Shown here: positions 32,814 to 45,566 of the stretch, in pieces
Numbering within the stretch: the first letter of the stretch is position 1
How the letters are laid out: each line of letters opens with the position of its first letter
Source: Cyanidioschyzon merolae
Taxonomy: Eukaryota
Length of the DNA: 64,000 nt
Strand: one strand, 5' to 3'
Assembly (NCBI GenBank): GCA_000091205.1
Contig: AP006488.2
The notes under the pieces: generated by a model
The model's database searches: none
Seen by the model: only the letters and a program-made list of their open reading frames with translations
What the model was told of the DNA's origin: nothing
Program-made: the position numbers and the translations under genes

Positions 32814-35183
32814 ATGCAAGCCCCCAAAACTGGTATATGGGAGGGCCATGCAGAGCGTGAACCTACCCCGACGCAACAAGGGATGGATAGCGAGCGCTCT
32901 CGTGCGGAGTCCGCGGTGCGTTCCGCTCCGGTGGCGATACCCCGTCGAGGTGCTCAGAGCACTGGGGGTCGTAGCGCGAGCACTAGTTCCGGTGGCTCTG
33001 GCTCCACCGGATCGCGAAACTTTGAAGACGTTATGCCTGAGGACTTGCGACCATCAAGTCCGAAAACAGCGCATGACTGGCCGCGCGCGATGTCACCTCG
33101 GGGACCCGCTTTCCTGGCGTTTCGAAACACCGCGGGGAACGATTCTCGAGAAGTGCCTCAAGCGGAATCCAATGGTGCTCGCGATACCACGGAAGCGGCC
33201 GTTTTGGAAATCGATGAACAGATCGACTCCCGACCGACTGCTCCGTCGTCGCCTCCGCCGCCGGCGTCCACGCTCCATGTGCAGCAACGGATGCCGCCGG
33301 ATGCTTCGGTGCATCCGGCCGTGGCGGCTGCCGCGGCTGCAGCGGCATCCTCGTCCAACTCACCGCGAACGCAGCCGACCAATGCAGGGAGCATCGGTTT
33401 ATCAGGTTCGCTGAACACTGACTTGCTGACATCAGCCCGATCAGGTACGCCGGGCAGCTGGGACGCGCGTCGCTCTCCGTCGCCGACGCCGGAACCCACC
33501 TCAGTGTTTTACGGGTTACCGGCGCTGAGCGAGGTGCAGAATCCACGAGCTCGTCGTGAGCTCTTGTGCCGAAAATTGCATCTGTGTTGCGAGATCTACG
33601 ATTTCATGGACCCGACGAAGGACATCGTGGATAAGGAAGGCAAACGGATTGCGCTGATCGAAATCGCAGATGCGCTGTCGAACATGAAAGGCATCTTAAC
33701 GGATGAGGTCTGCGCCGCTCTGGTTGAAATGATCACGAAAAATCTGTTTAGAACGCTTCATATGTCGCCGCCGACTGCACCGGAGGCGATTCTGGCGGGC
33801 GAGCTCGAAGAAGACGAACCCACTCTGGAACCAGCTTGGCCACATCTACATGTTGTCTATGAAATACTGCTACGATTCGTGACGTCCCCAGACCTCGATC
33901 CCCGCACGGCGCGGCGGTATATCGATCAGAAGTTTCTGTTGGGACTTTTGGACCTATTTGACTCAGAAGATCCCCGGGAACGCGATTATCTGAAGATGAT
34001 CCTACACCGGATTTATGGAAAGTTCATGCCGCTGCGGCCTTTTATTCGACGATCGATCGCCAATGTATTCTTTTATTTTGTATTCGAGTCAGAGCGGCAT
34101 AATGGCATCGCGGAGTTGCTGGAAATCCTGGGATCAATCATTAATGGCTTCGCGTTGCCACTCAAGGAGGAACACAAGAATTTTCTACGCAAGGCACTCA
34201 TTCCATTACATATTCCGCGCACAGTTGCGCTGTACCACCAGCAGCTGGTGTACTGCATGACTCAGTTCGTGGAAAAGTATCCGCCACTTGCCGTGGATAT
34301 CTTGAGAGGTTTACTGCGATACTGGCCGCTCACAAACTCCCAGAAAGAAGTGCTCTTTCTTGCCGAGCTCGAGGAGATCATCGAGCAGACGCATCCACGC
34401 GAATTCAGTATCGTTCTGGAGGATCTTTTCCGGCGCATCGCCAAGTGCATGCAGTCGCCACACTTTCAGGTGGCTGAGCGCACCCTGTTTCTTTGGAATA
34501 ACGAATACCTGGTATCTCTAATTTTGCAATATCGCGAAAGGGTCTTTCCTATTGTATTTGGGGCGCTCGTACATAACGAGCGGAATCACTGGAATCCCAC
34601 TGTAACCAATTTGACTTGCAACGTGCGAAAGCTAATGATCGAGATGGACCTTCCGCTCTTCGAACGATGTGCACGTTTGCACGAGCGGCTACATGCGCAA
34701 AAGGCGGATGCTGAGCGTGACGACGACGGCAAACGACACCCGGACGGGGACAACATGCCGCATATGTCCGTCGTGAACGCGCCGATGGCTGTCCCAGGTA
34801 GCAGAGGAGCCTCGAAACTGCCGCTCACGGAGCCGATTCCTATTCAGAGCACAGGCAATGCGGCGGGCGCGAGGCGGCGAACTCCGCGGACACTGGGGGC
34901 TCCAGATGCACCAGAGACGTTGCGAGCCTCGTGCGTCGACCCTGGAGAACACCTGAGTTCATCAGCAACGGGGACCGGCGCGCATCAGGAAGAGTCTTGG
35001 AGCACGAACGGCGCCTCGGAGGATCCGAGTGATGAGACGCTTTACGCGCGCTCGTCATCGACTCGAGAGCGCATGCTTGTGAAACCCCGGGAAACGACGA
35101 CCTTTGAGTCGTACAGAGGACAGGCAGGTCAAGATTTTGTGGCGAAAATGCATGCGATGGACCTGGGCCATGAGAAGCACTGA
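32814..35183 (+). CDS. Protein phosphatase 2A regulatory subunit B56 (B'), with a ~240-aa low-complexity N-terminal extension
   Basis: B56 core from 'RRELLCRKLHLCCEIYDF' through 'EHKNFLRKALIPLHIP...YHQQLVYCMTQFVEKYP...LRYWPLTNSQKEVLFLAELEEIIE...FQVAERTLFLWNNEYL...NHWNPTV'. The first ATG is at 32814 (the ORF-track start at 32805 is GTG). TGA stop. Confidence 0.9.
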   Translation: MQAPKTGIWEGHAEREPTPTQQGMDSERSRAESAVRSAPVAIPRRGAQSTGGRSASTSSGGSGSTGSRNFEDVMPEDLRPSSPKTAHDWPRAMSPRGPAFLAFRNTAGNDSREVPQAESNGARDTTEAAVLEIDEQIDSRPTAPSSPPPPASTLHVQQRMPPDASVHPAVAAAAAAAASSSNSPRTQPTNAGSIGLSGSLNTDLLTSARSGTPGSWDARRSPSPTPEPTSVFYGLPALSEVQNPRARRELLCRKLHLCCEIYDFMDPTKDIVDKEGKRIALIEIADALSNMKGILTDEVCAALVEMITKNLFRTLHMSPPTAPEAILAGELEEDEPTLEPAWPHLHVVYEILLRFVTSPDLDPRTARRYIDQKFLLGLLDLFDSEDPRERDYLKMILHRIYGKFMPLRPFIRRSIANVFFYFVFESERHNGIAELLEILGSIINGFALPLKEEHKNFLRKALIPLHIPRTVALYHQQLVYCMTQFVEKYPPLAVDILRGLLRYWPLTNSQKEVLFLAELEEIIEQTHPREFSIVLEDLFRRIAKCMQSPHFQVAERTLFLWNNEYLVSLILQYRERVFPIVFGALVHNERNHWNPTVTNLTCNVRKLMIEMDLPLFERCARLHERLHAQKADAERDDDGKRHPDGDNMPHMSVVNAPMAVPGSRGASKLPLTEPIPIQSTGNAAGARRRTPRTLGAPDAPETLRASCVDPGEHLSSSATGTGAHQEESWSTNGASEDPSDETLYARSSSTRERMLVKPRETTTFESYRGQAGQDFVAKMHAMDLGHEKH

Positions 35184-38100
35184 GCCCAAGTTCGACGAAA
35201 ATCCATAGCAGGCGCGTGGGCTGTGCGTTGCGACCAGCGAAAGCACGCGCTTCTGTGTTCGAGTTTGTTTGTTTGTTTGTGTGTCGCATGCAGCGGTATA
35301 CAAGGCATCAGATGCCTCGATACTCGTGATGGCACTGAGATCGGCCTGGACGGCGACTCTGGAGCGGATCTGGTGCTTCCGCGGGGCCGCGTCGCTTCCC
35401 GGGGATCTGACCAAGGATGCGGCGCTTCGCAAATGCTTCATCGGATGCACTAGTTCGATGCCACGGTCGCGCAGCTTACGCATGCGTGTGCCCAGATACC
35501 AAAGCGCGTCTTCAGAACGAGCTTGCGACGCGTTTCATGCAAACGCAAGGCGCTCTTGTTGTGAGCGCGCTCGTGTCATGGACTGCATAATCGAGACTAA
35601 CAGATGTGATGGCTTGAAGCGCTTGGTTGGACGTCGTCGGTCGTGCGCCCTGGCGGTGATACCCGAGCCCCTCCTGTTTATCCAGCATGAACGCGCGCCA
35701 CTTTTCCATGCGTACCTGCCCCGCGCGCTTGCTTGGGTAGTTGCGCCAAACCGCGCGTCGACCTGTCATAGTCACCAGGAGCGTCGTGAACGAGCTTGCC
35801 CTGGGCGCAACGCTTCCGGGCGTGCAGCGGCATCCCACGAGGTTACCCTGGAGACGATCTCGCGACGACCGGTTGCCTTTGGTAAGCACCGGGTACTTTT
35901 CTCGATAGCGAACCACTGAGGACCGGACTCATGTTGTACAATAATGTCTTCTAAAGCGAAAGAATCTTAATCCGATGCCAAAATCGCACGCAACTCACAG
36001 ATGCAGCTATGTGTGGTGCATCCTTGCAGTTCCACCGCGATCGCCAGCATCGACACTGGAACACCCGGGCGAGCTCCGTAGCGATCAGTTTTCAGGTTCC
36101 AGGGCAGCAGGGACGAGCTCGTGACGTCTCGGGCAAGCCTTCCGTTGCTGGCGGTACACTAGCGGTTACCGGATTGCGTCAAGACTCGAAGGTGATGCGA
36201 TGAACGCACACCCTGTGTTGGGCCCGTGGGATTGAGTCCACTGGGAGCTGGAAGGCTTTGAATGGGAGCCTCAAGGTTCCCGGGGTATTGGAAGCCCGCC
36301 AGCGAACTACCCTGCGGGTGCACCGGTGCCCATGGGCGGCTCCAAGCTTCCCTGGATGCAGGGACACGGCAGCGTGCATTGCTGTTGTTGAGCCTGGCTC
36401 GAGAGACTCGGGCGGGTATGCACGCTTGAACGTAGCCAAGGCGACATTGGGATTTTCGTACCTTCGAGCTGCGGCAACTCTTTGAAGATTTACGTTATGT
36501 AAACTGCACTAATGCCAGAATAAACTGGAACTGGTGGTCTCATTCAGGAGTACACCCTAGCGTACGAGTCGCTTTCCGTTGTTAAGAAAACTAGTCTCTA
36601 CGGGCTTTGAAGGCGACTGCTTCATGCTCCTCCTACTTATCTCCGGCCTGAAATACGCCAGTTTATGCTGTCCGTCCATCGATGTTGATGGCATCGTTAA
36701 AGTCACGATTTTGCTTCCTCTAGACACTGTTCACGCATATCATGGACAGGTGGAAGTTGCGATCGACGATTCGCTTACCGTGCTCATCAGCTTCGTTTGC
36801 AATCTCGCTGCGCGCTTCGCAGCGTTGACACTGAACGGGGTTTTGAGGTTCCCATTAGTCTATGGCATGTTCTGGCCCGAGTGGCGCCCTGTGGCACGTA
36901 GACTAATGGGAACCGTCTTGGACACACGCTGTCCTAGTACAGCAGGCTACCCGCCATGAACTCCTCGGTTCGCGCGCCCGTTGCCGAACCCTACGATCAC
37001 GGCGTCTTCTGGGCGGTCTTCTCAGCGAGTACTCTGTCTGCTGCGCGAGGACGCAAATGCTGTCGTGCTCTTCGATAGGGGATTTCTGGAACGCGATGTT
37101 CTTTATGGTTGAACAAGAACCGGGAGGAGAATCCAGGTTCAGAACAATTCGAGAAATTACAATCTGTCTGCGCTTCCGTTGTGCAAAGCAGTGACGTATT
37201 TTCGATTCCACACGGTCGCTGCGATGACACGAGTCCGACTCCAAAACCCTTTGCGATGGGAGCGGTAGAGACGGCACCCGCTGGTAGCACATCCGGTGTG
37301 CAGGAACGTGCTGGTGACGAATCCCGCGTAGTCGATGTTCACTGAGAGGGAGGGTTTTGTGTTTCGGACAGATTTGACTATTATTCGGCGTGAAATGTTC
37401 AGTGTACAAGTCTGCTCGAGCAAGTGCGTCGAGATTCTTTTATCTTCAATGCAAGGACGCCAATCGATGCGCCTATGAGGTGCCTTGAAACAGAACTAGT
37501 GAAAACTCGTAGAATGCGTGATTTGAGCGTGCTATAAGTTCGGAATGGCAGGATTCAGAGGCTCGAACGCGTGAACCGGATAATGAAAGTGGCTATTTTA
37601 GGAACCGTTATTGGAGAACGTTGCGAATTATCTTGATTTCGGTGATGTAACACATGCCAGCTACAAAGCGGCGACGTAGCCACTCCAAAGAAACGACTGA
37701 GAATCCTCATGCAATACGTGAATCGATTCGCTTTTCCGCTTGCACTGCAAATGTTTGGCGTGTGTGCAGTTCGCAAAGCTCTGAACTATCGATATACTGC
37801 AGCTGGGCGAGCAGTCCAGTGTTCTATTTTAATTTGGCTGAATCTGAACGGCAACAAAGTGTCGGCATGGAGGTTGCCCCAGCTCTCTGCGACGCCTATT
37901 CGGATGTTGGAACAACGTCCTAGATTCGTGATTCGCCCCAAGGGTCGCTTGATTGCGTTTACACTTCACGGACGAACTCGGAAACAGCGATAGAGATCGT
38001 CAACGACCTGCTACCCGGAAGCCTTCTGGCGAGTTCACTGCCTTGACTATACCTGCAACAACTGGCAGCGAGCGCTACACAGTTCGATACTCGGATCCTG

Positions 38101-38665
38101 TACTGTACAAGGGCTTCATTTTGTTGGGTGCACGCATGCACTGCAGCCAACACTCAGAGGCTGTTGGTATGGATCAAGTCACACGTTTCGGGCACCAGTG
38201 CGCTGTGCTGGTGGTGCGTTCGACGCGGGTTTCGTCGAAGCCCCCGAAACCCCACGGAGCTGACCGCTGGCTTCGTGTCCTCTCCTGGTCTGTGGACGCT
38301 TCGACATTGCAACAGCGCAGAAAACGGTTGCCGAATGCGGTTCTTTGGCGCTTATCCCGTCTTTGGAAAGAGACAACGAGCGTACCGACTTGAGCCCGGA
38401 AAGCACGCGTGTCTCGACTTGTGCATGAGTATCCAGATCTTACGCAAAAAGACCTATTCTGTTCTGGTTTACAATTTTGGGATTAGGCGTTGTCGTAGAC
38501 GAGCGCTCACTCTGAGACGTAACCGGGTTTCGTTCAGTTGAAGAAGCGACCCGGGTGGGTCAGGAGCGCACCTGGTTCCGTCTGCCGCTGCGTACGAGGG
38601 TGCAAAACGCTTTTTTACAAGCATTCGTGTGAGAGCTGCTATTCTAGCCGCTGATCATCTTGAGT

Positions 38666-39226
38666 ATGAACGACGCCAGCGCAGAGGAAAGTTGCACGCG
38701 GCTATCGCCGATCCACTTGGAAGCCTGGATCAAGAAGAACAGAGACCTGTTGCGACCGCCGGTGGGCAACGTCGTCCTGGCAGATGGTGGATTTCTCGTA
38801 ATGCTCGTCGGTGGTCCCAACGTCCGAACCGACTACCATATTGAGAACTATGAAGAAATCTTTTACCAGATTGAGGGCGATATTTCATTAAAAATCGTTG
38901 ACGAACACCAGAGTCCTCCCGCGTTCAAGGAGGTGCGTATCAGAGAGGGCGAGCTCTTTGTACTTCCAGCAAGGGTCCCGCATTCTCCGCAGCGACCAGC
39001 TGGGACTGTCGGCCTGGTCATCGAGCGAAAGCGAGCCGCCGACGACCTCGATATCCTGCGATGGTACTGCCAGTCCTGTAGTGCGGTTCTCCACTCGAGC
39101 GAGTTTCACTGCAAGGATATCGGAAAGGATCTCGTCCCCATTATTCGAGAATATTTCGCTGATCGTTGTCTACGCACCTGCCGTCATTGTGGTTGGATCG
39201 AGCCTGCGCCCACAGAGCAGCGATAG
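38666..39226 (+). CDS. HAAO: 3-hydroxyanthranilate 3,4-dioxygenase (kynurenine pathway)
   Basis: Cupin HAAO signatures: 'VMLVGGPNVRTDYHIENYEEIFYQIEGD', 'REGELFVLPARVPHSPQRPAGTVGLVIERKR', and a C-terminal 'C..C...C..C' rubredoxin-like site. The first ATG is at 38666 (the track start at 38660 is TTG). Confidence 0.85.
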   Translation: MNDASAEESCTRLSPIHLEAWIKKNRDLLRPPVGNVVLADGGFLVMLVGGPNVRTDYHIENYEEIFYQIEGDISLKIVDEHQSPPAFKEVRIREGELFVLPARVPHSPQRPAGTVGLVIERKRAADDLDILRWYCQSCSAVLHSSEFHCKDIGKDLVPIIREYFADRCLRTCRHCGWIEPAPTEQR

Positions 39227-40720
39227 AAGCTGCGTATCCCGTGACGGTGATCGGTATTCGCTACCTTGAAGAGTCGAGACCTCTCAGAAGACATGAAGCA
39301 GCGTTACGTTTCGATGGAATCAGCGGTGCCTGCTGCATTTTCTGACGGATGGCGCTCATCGGCTCATACCTGCGAATCCGCCTCGAGTTTTCGTGGGCTT
39401 GTGTATACGTTTGTGCACGCTGCATATCAGATAGCGACTTGAGGGCTTCCAGAGGCTGAAGTAGCGTAGCCGAGTAGAGGCTCATGGCTAGGATAGAACG
39501 TGTACGTCGTCAAAAAATATTCCACTGGGGCTGCCCTGTCCAGTGTGTGTACCCGCTTTTCACGGCGGACTGTGAGCGTACCGGGGCCAGCGCAACGACG
39601 TTCATAGCACCCGAGCTTTGCCATATTTCAGCACCAACAGTTTCATACTCGTTTCGCGAGGATACCCGAAATATGCGGGCTTTGATCAGGCTTCTCTGTC
39701 GCCGGCAACCTGGATGAAATGATTACGTTTTGCGACCTGTGCAGCCGAACGACATCCTTGCTGGGAACATTGGCAGCGAGTACCGTTCAGGGGCAAAGCG
39801 CTATACTCCGGAAACTGCATTGACATTTCCATACTTTCTAAATGAGAGCATACTCGGTATCCGTGATGAGAATGTGCGGCTACCACATGCGGCGGCCTGC
39901 ACCGATGCGTGCGTCGGATCGAACATTGTTTTTGGCGCTTTGAAAAGCGACTTGAGGTTGCACCACGGCTTGTGTCTCTTTCGGAACTCATGAGAAGCAT
40001 ATGTACTCCACGTGAATATCTGCATTCATTCACGTCGCGACGGCGCGTATTTTCACTGACGTTAGAAACGGATCGCCATGGTCGAGACGATCATTGTGTG
40101 TATACGTTCTGTTGGCGCTCACGGGTTCTCCATTTGCCACGCTGCTTCACCAGGGACGACGCAGACCAAACTTATGTACAAGCAGCGTGCTCCACTGTGG
40201 TTCCGTTGTTGCACAAGCCGTTCCAGTGACTTTTTGGCCGTCTTTCGAGCAAATGATCTGTTACTTTCATCGTTGAAGCGCCGAAGCCGATGAGCACGGT
40301 GGGGTCCACGCAGACAGCGCAGCCGCTGTGGAGTGCGAGAACGCAAGATGCGGCGAATAAGAGGTTCCACTTCAAGCCATAAATTGACCCCTATTTGCAA
40401 GTTTTCTGAGTCTTGGCAAATATCGGGAAAAGCCGCACCATGCATGCGGCTTTCTACCGGTGCGCAGCAGGCGCGAAGAAACTGTTGTATGGCCCAGACG
40501 ACCCCGATTGCTACATGAGTAGCTTTTTGGCGTGAGCTGACTTCAAGACGAAACGTCATCATTGGGGTGCTGCAGAAACGTGCAGTATGCGACGTGCATC
40601 GACGACACGCCCTGGTGCCGGAAAACACACCATGCCGCTACCGAGTTGAGAGATGCAGGGCAGCCTCAGACGAAGTTGGCAGGTGCGGGACCCGAATACC
40701 TGTAGCTGCTAATCTCTGCA

Positions 40721-42159
40721 CCAGTGTAAGCACAATATGGGAGAGACCCTTTTCTGCTGGCGTACACGCTAACGTTTGGGTCGCGTCCCACGCTGATCGA
40801 CACCAGCCTTTGTTCGCGTTTTCTACCACCGCCTCCTTTTGCTCGCTTTTAGCTCCAGCGTGAACTACGACGGTCTCAACTGTCCCGCCAGCTCCACTTT
40901 CAGGAGTCGAAGCATGTCGATGGCAGCGTTCAGGTCGCGGTTGCGCTGCCTCCGGCTGGTGTCAAGGCTCCGCCAGCACCGGCAAAAAAGGTCGCGATCG
41001 ACGCCTCGCTTGCCACCTTCGTGTTCTTTGAATGGAGCCACGAAGCGGCCCGGCACAGCGGTGACACTTGGCACTGGTCAGAGGCTCGAGCGTATTCACC
41101 ACACCCTGTGAGCCGCGGACGACCCTGTAGCGCGTCAGGGCTCGCTTCATCGCTCGGTAAACGCTCTACCTGGAACAGAAGCGTCCTATCAATACGATTC
41201 TCGGTCTCAACGACTGGTGCACTGTCCTAGAAGCACGGGATTCTCGCCGACGATACCCTGGGCGGGGGCTTTGCCCGCTGCACACACACACACACACACA
41301 TACGTACATCCATCCATCCATACATACATACATACGCACACACAGCATCGTGTGCAGTTCCATTCCATTGAGGGCTGTGGAGCGCGAGTTCTGCATAAGA
41401 TGGAACAATTGCCTTGACGAACTTGCTGGCTCTAGATCGAGTAGAGATACTGCGATCTGTCGAGGCTTCCTGCGACCAAGGCGGTGACACTTGTGGTACC
41501 ACAGGCGATCGCCGCGGTAATCGAGTCCCAAGTCGAGCATTCTTTTCCAAACAAACAGAAGAGACAGTGCTTCTCGGGGCTTGGTAACGAAGCGGTAGCA
41601 TACTGCTGCCGAATGCCGCCTCGATCCTGGTCACAGAGACCCGAGGATTCGTCTCCCGCACGGAATGGATTCCATGACGCCAGGAGTCCAGTGAACTCTC
41701 TGTGTGTGAGCTTGCGAACAGGTCGTCCGAGCACGACATACACTTCTCTCCATCTCCATCGGCCTGCCGGGCGCATATTGCTGCACCCAAGCGTTGCCTC
41801 AATATAGAACGATCGAAAACTTGAGGTATGCACGGCGTGAGCGTGCTGCTCACTCGCAAACGAGAGGACTGGCGGCTTGTACGCGTGCAACGGATGCTCA
41901 TTGCAATGTTTCCGTATGAACCGCTGTACGAGTGTATCGCGAAGCATCCTGACTCTGGTAGCGTGACGAATTCGGGCGGGACAGCGTCGAGGAAGCCGCA
42001 CCAAAACGTCGACCGATGATCCTGAAACGACGCATGAATCCATCATACGTTGTTGGTGCACCTCGAATGTCGAGCGTGTTCGTGTACCAAGAAAACGCTG
42101 GAGACAATATCCAGCGGCATCGACAGAACAAACAGTTCAGCGTTCCAGTTTGAGATCCG
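40721..42159 (-). mobile_element. Family-2 element (R2), copy X, carrying a degenerate TnpB/Fanzor-like gene on the minus strand
   Basis: Minus-strand frames give 'NTLEPLTSAKCHRCAGP' (TSxxCxxCG zinc-ribbon motif) and, after a frameshift, 'RRQRNRDLNAAIDMLRLL' (RuvC-III). It also contains (CA)n and (CATC/CATA)n at 41279-41345. It is about 97% identical to 49752-51202. Boundaries are where the two copies diverge. Confidence 0.7.
41279..41345. repeat. (CA)n plus (CATC/CATA)n compound microsatellite inside R2
   Basis: Direct reading. The homologous tract in copy Y (about 50310-50378) differs in length. Confidence 0.9.
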
Positions 42160-42485
42160 GAACGGATGTAGACCGTGGCTCCCCATGTAACCAAATCGAA
42201 CGTCTTGAACGTCGTGAATTTCGCAAGAACGACTAGTGGAGCTCCCCGAGCTATCCGTTCAGGATCAGTTGCGGAAACTGGGGACGCTCCTAGCTGAGTG
42301 CATTCTGACGGTCTTCAGGAGCGGGGGGTCGCACACGAGCAAACCACCCACGTAGCAGGTCGTCGGAGTTTCACGCCCCGTTCCAAGGCCAGCAGTTAGA
42401 ACCTGGTTGCCGTAAACTGGGCCAGTCGGTTTGGGGCCTGGGGGTCGTTGCAGGCTTTCGCTTGCGAAGACGTTGCGGCCTCGTC

Positions 42486-45400
42486 ATGGACAAGGTCGCA
42501 ATTTCGAGGACGAACACAGCCTCGGCGACCCCGGAGGCTGGCAAATCCCACAAGCCGGTACATTTGCCAGCGGGGTCTCTTCAGGAAACCGTGGAAACAC
42601 CCGACGGCAGGGCGGCTTCAGACCCTCTAGAGCGCTACTTTGTGAATACGGAGCAACTATGGACGACACTGGAACAGGAGTTTCGGCAGTCGGACTACGA
42701 GTTTGGCGTTTCTGCGGCTGCCTTGCTTGCGCAGATACCCGAAGCGTACCGGGTGTCTGCGAAGAACTTTGAGCTTACAAGCACCCCTGAGTTTCAATAC
42801 TTGTCCCGAAAACTTGGTGCGTCCCACGACTTGGTGGAAACAGAAGCCGAACTCACGCGCTCACTCGAACGATATATAAGGTTCAGCAACCGATGCTTCG
42901 AAATGCAGGTTGCAGCCGAAGACCCATCGGCACCAACGCTGCGTAGATGCACGAGCTTGGGTGCTGTGGCTGAGACGGAGTCCTCGCTTCGGGACTTGGT
43001 GAGTGAGTTGTCATCAGAATGGCCGCGACAACTGAAAACGCTCTCCGGAGCGTTAGGCGCCCTTAACCTCAGTCGACAACGGCTCGAGCGAGAGCGACAG
43101 CGACTCGGGTCCCTCATCGCCGTACTGGAACAGCTCAAAAGCGTTCGCGATATTTCGCGAGCCGCAGAGCTCTACGAAGAGCACCAGGATCTATTGAAAG
43201 CTGCATATACTTACCAGCGTCTGGATGCGTGTGCACACGAGGTTTTTCGAAAGTGGGATGCGGTACCGCACGCGAGTGACGTCCGCAGCGCAGGGCCAGC
43301 TGAACGCTCGGCGTCAGCAGACCGCCAGTTTGACATTGCTGATGTTCGTCTCGTCGAGGACTTTTCCCGACACCACAGGGCCTTGAGACGGCGACTGGGG
43401 ACGGCGCTCGAGCACCAAATCGTTGCACAATTTCAGATTACACTGAGTTTCGTTTGGAGTGCAGCCGCCGAACCCGCTCCACCAATACCGACGTCGACGT
43501 CGATGTCGACACGAACGCCCGAACGACTCACTTCTGAGCAGACTCCAGGGTCGTCTCTGGCGCTGCTTTGCACACTGCGCGAGGAGATCACACCTTTTGT
43601 GGCGGCGCTTTATCAGATTGGCATGGCAAGCGGTGCCCTGTACCGCGTAACCACAGGCCTGCTTCATGAGCTGAACAATATTGTATCTGCTGAACAGGAT
43701 GCGTGGGCATGCGATTCCGCGCAGGCATTCACCACATTCTTGTCAAAGTGTCGCACTTTTGTTCCAGGAGCCGTTGCAGTCATCGACACGTTTTTCGAGG
43801 TGGCGAGTCAGCTGGAGAGCCTCGAGGCCTCCGGTCATGTGCCGCACAGGTCACACGTCGAGCGTGCAGATGTCCTCAGCGCTTTCCGCGATGGCTTTGG
43901 AGCGCGATTTCGAGATGCTGTCGATAGTGTTGTACAGGCCTGTCGACCGGCCGACTTTGAACAGGTGAGGTTTCTCCTGAAAATTCATGTGGAAACGCGC
44001 GATTTTCTCAAGTTTTTGGATCGCATACTCGAGGTGCGGAATGATCGCCCCGCCGCCTCGTCCTCAGTAGTACTGGTTGATCTGCGGGACCGCATTCGAA
44101 ATACGATGCAAGCTGCGTTTGAGAAAAAGCTGGAGTCCATGCAGGTTAGCCTGAACGCAGAGCGTTGGGTTCCAGCGACAAGCACTGCAGCATTGCAGTC
44201 TCTTTTGGATCGCCTTGTTCGAGATACGTCTGCTCCTTTGTATGCAGAATCGATGACCATGGAAGATGGCAAGGTCCGTGAGCATTCCGAAGGCCAGCCA
44301 GCGACAGTCGTGCTCATGGGAGAGCGATTTGTGCTTGTTGACGCCTCGCAGGACCTTTTTGAACTGTTGGATGCGTGCGCGCTCTGCTTCCGAGACGCAT
44401 TACATTGCGAAGAAGTTGCATTGGCGCACGCGTTGAGTATGCGCGTTCTCGAGGCTTTGCGGACGTTCAACCAACGGTCGCTGCAGTTAGTTCTCGGAGC
44501 AGGCGCGATGAAGACGGCGCACCTCAAGGCCATTACCGCAAAGCATTTGGCCGTCTGTGCGCGCACCGTGGACCTGTTGCTCCGTCTTTTGCATCCACAA
44601 GAGAGTGATCGATACCAGGGCCTCCAGAGGTGGTTCTGCCCGACGCTTCGCCAGGCGGATGTCGGCATGGACCCGGATGCAAAACCCGCTTTGGAAAGGA
44701 ATAGCCCTCGTGCTGAAGACGCGGCGCGCCAGCATGCAATAGAATTGTCGGATGCCACTGCTGGGAAGCTTCATGTGGTCCCCGGTGTGCCACAGGAGCC
44801 ATCATCATCACCGCAGACGGAAGGCGGTGCTGCGACAGTGCACGCCGTTCCCGAGTTGGCGACGCCAAGGGAGCCATCCGCGCAGTCTGTCGTTCGTGAC
44901 GCGGATCTCGAACGGGCTTTTGAGCGTACGATCGCGGATCTGCAGGTACATCGGGCGCAGCTGCTCAACAAGATCGTAATTATCATGCAGACTCGCTTAC
45001 GAAATCGCATAGCGGAGCTTCGACGACTACCCTTGGAACAGTACGCAGTGGTCTCTGAGACAGGGTGCGCTGCACCCAGCACTTGGGCATCTGCTTTGAT
45101 TCGAGATATCACCACGCTGGAGCGCATCCTGAGTTCTGTGCTGCCGACCGTTGCGCTTCGATCCCTGTTTGAACAGATTATTGCCGCGTATTCCCAGAAT
45201 CTTCGGGCGGAATTCGTCCGGCTAACTGAAGAGTATCTCGGTGGGAATCGCGGGCCGTCAACGAATGTGGAAGCAGGGGCGGTTCCACCCCTGGGCACCA
45301 TGCTGAACCAGGTCGCCGCGGATGCCACGGCCCTGGCGGAGGCTGTTCGGAACCTTGTGAGCTCCCTGAATGCGAATATAAGTGAGAGCTACGTTGCCGA

Positions 45401-45566
45401 TTTCGATGCAATCGCACATACGTACCATAATCTTGCTGAAAAGCACGCATCTGCTTCGTCGCCCGTTGACCCAGCTGAAGCGCCTTGTGCGGCTACCACT
45501 GGAGGCAGTGCGTGCGAAAACGAGGTCACGCCGTCCACGGATCCCATTGAAGGCGACGCGCGCTGA
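42486..45566 (+). CDS. Large conserved-looking hypothetical protein, about 1026 aa, no family assigned
   Basis: Uninterrupted 3.1-kb ORF with balanced composition and predicted helical/coiled-coil stretches. It might be a vesicle-tethering-type subunit, but no diagnostic motif is recognised. The first ATG is at 42486 (the track start at 42462 is TTG). Confidence 0.4.
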   Translation: MDKVAISRTNTASATPEAGKSHKPVHLPAGSLQETVETPDGRAASDPLERYFVNTEQLWTTLEQEFRQSDYEFGVSAAALLAQIPEAYRVSAKNFELTSTPEFQYLSRKLGASHDLVETEAELTRSLERYIRFSNRCFEMQVAAEDPSAPTLRRCTSLGAVAETESSLRDLVSELSSEWPRQLKTLSGALGALNLSRQRLERERQRLGSLIAVLEQLKSVRDISRAAELYEEHQDLLKAAYTYQRLDACAHEVFRKWDAVPHASDVRSAGPAERSASADRQFDIADVRLVEDFSRHHRALRRRLGTALEHQIVAQFQITLSFVWSAAAEPAPPIPTSTSMSTRTPERLTSEQTPGSSLALLCTLREEITPFVAALYQIGMASGALYRVTTGLLHELNNIVSAEQDAWACDSAQAFTTFLSKCRTFVPGAVAVIDTFFEVASQLESLEASGHVPHRSHVERADVLSAFRDGFGARFRDAVDSVVQACRPADFEQVRFLLKIHVETRDFLKFLDRILEVRNDRPAASSSVVLVDLRDRIRNTMQAAFEKKLESMQVSLNAERWVPATSTAALQSLLDRLVRDTSAPLYAESMTMEDGKVREHSEGQPATVVLMGERFVLVDASQDLFELLDACALCFRDALHCEEVALAHALSMRVLEALRTFNQRSLQLVLGAGAMKTAHLKAITAKHLAVCARTVDLLLRLLHPQESDRYQGLQRWFCPTLRQADVGMDPDAKPALERNSPRAEDAARQHAIELSDATAGKLHVVPGVPQEPSSSPQTEGGAATVHAVPELATPREPSAQSVVRDADLERAFERTIADLQVHRAQLLNKIVIIMQTRLRNRIAELRRLPLEQYAVVSETGCAAPSTWASALIRDITTLERILSSVLPTVALRSLFEQIIAAYSQNLRAEFVRLTEEYLGGNRGPSTNVEAGAVPPLGTMLNQVAADATALAEAVRNLVSSLNANISESYVADFDAIAHTYHNLAEKHASASSPVDPAEAPCAATTGGSACENEVTPSTDPIEGDAR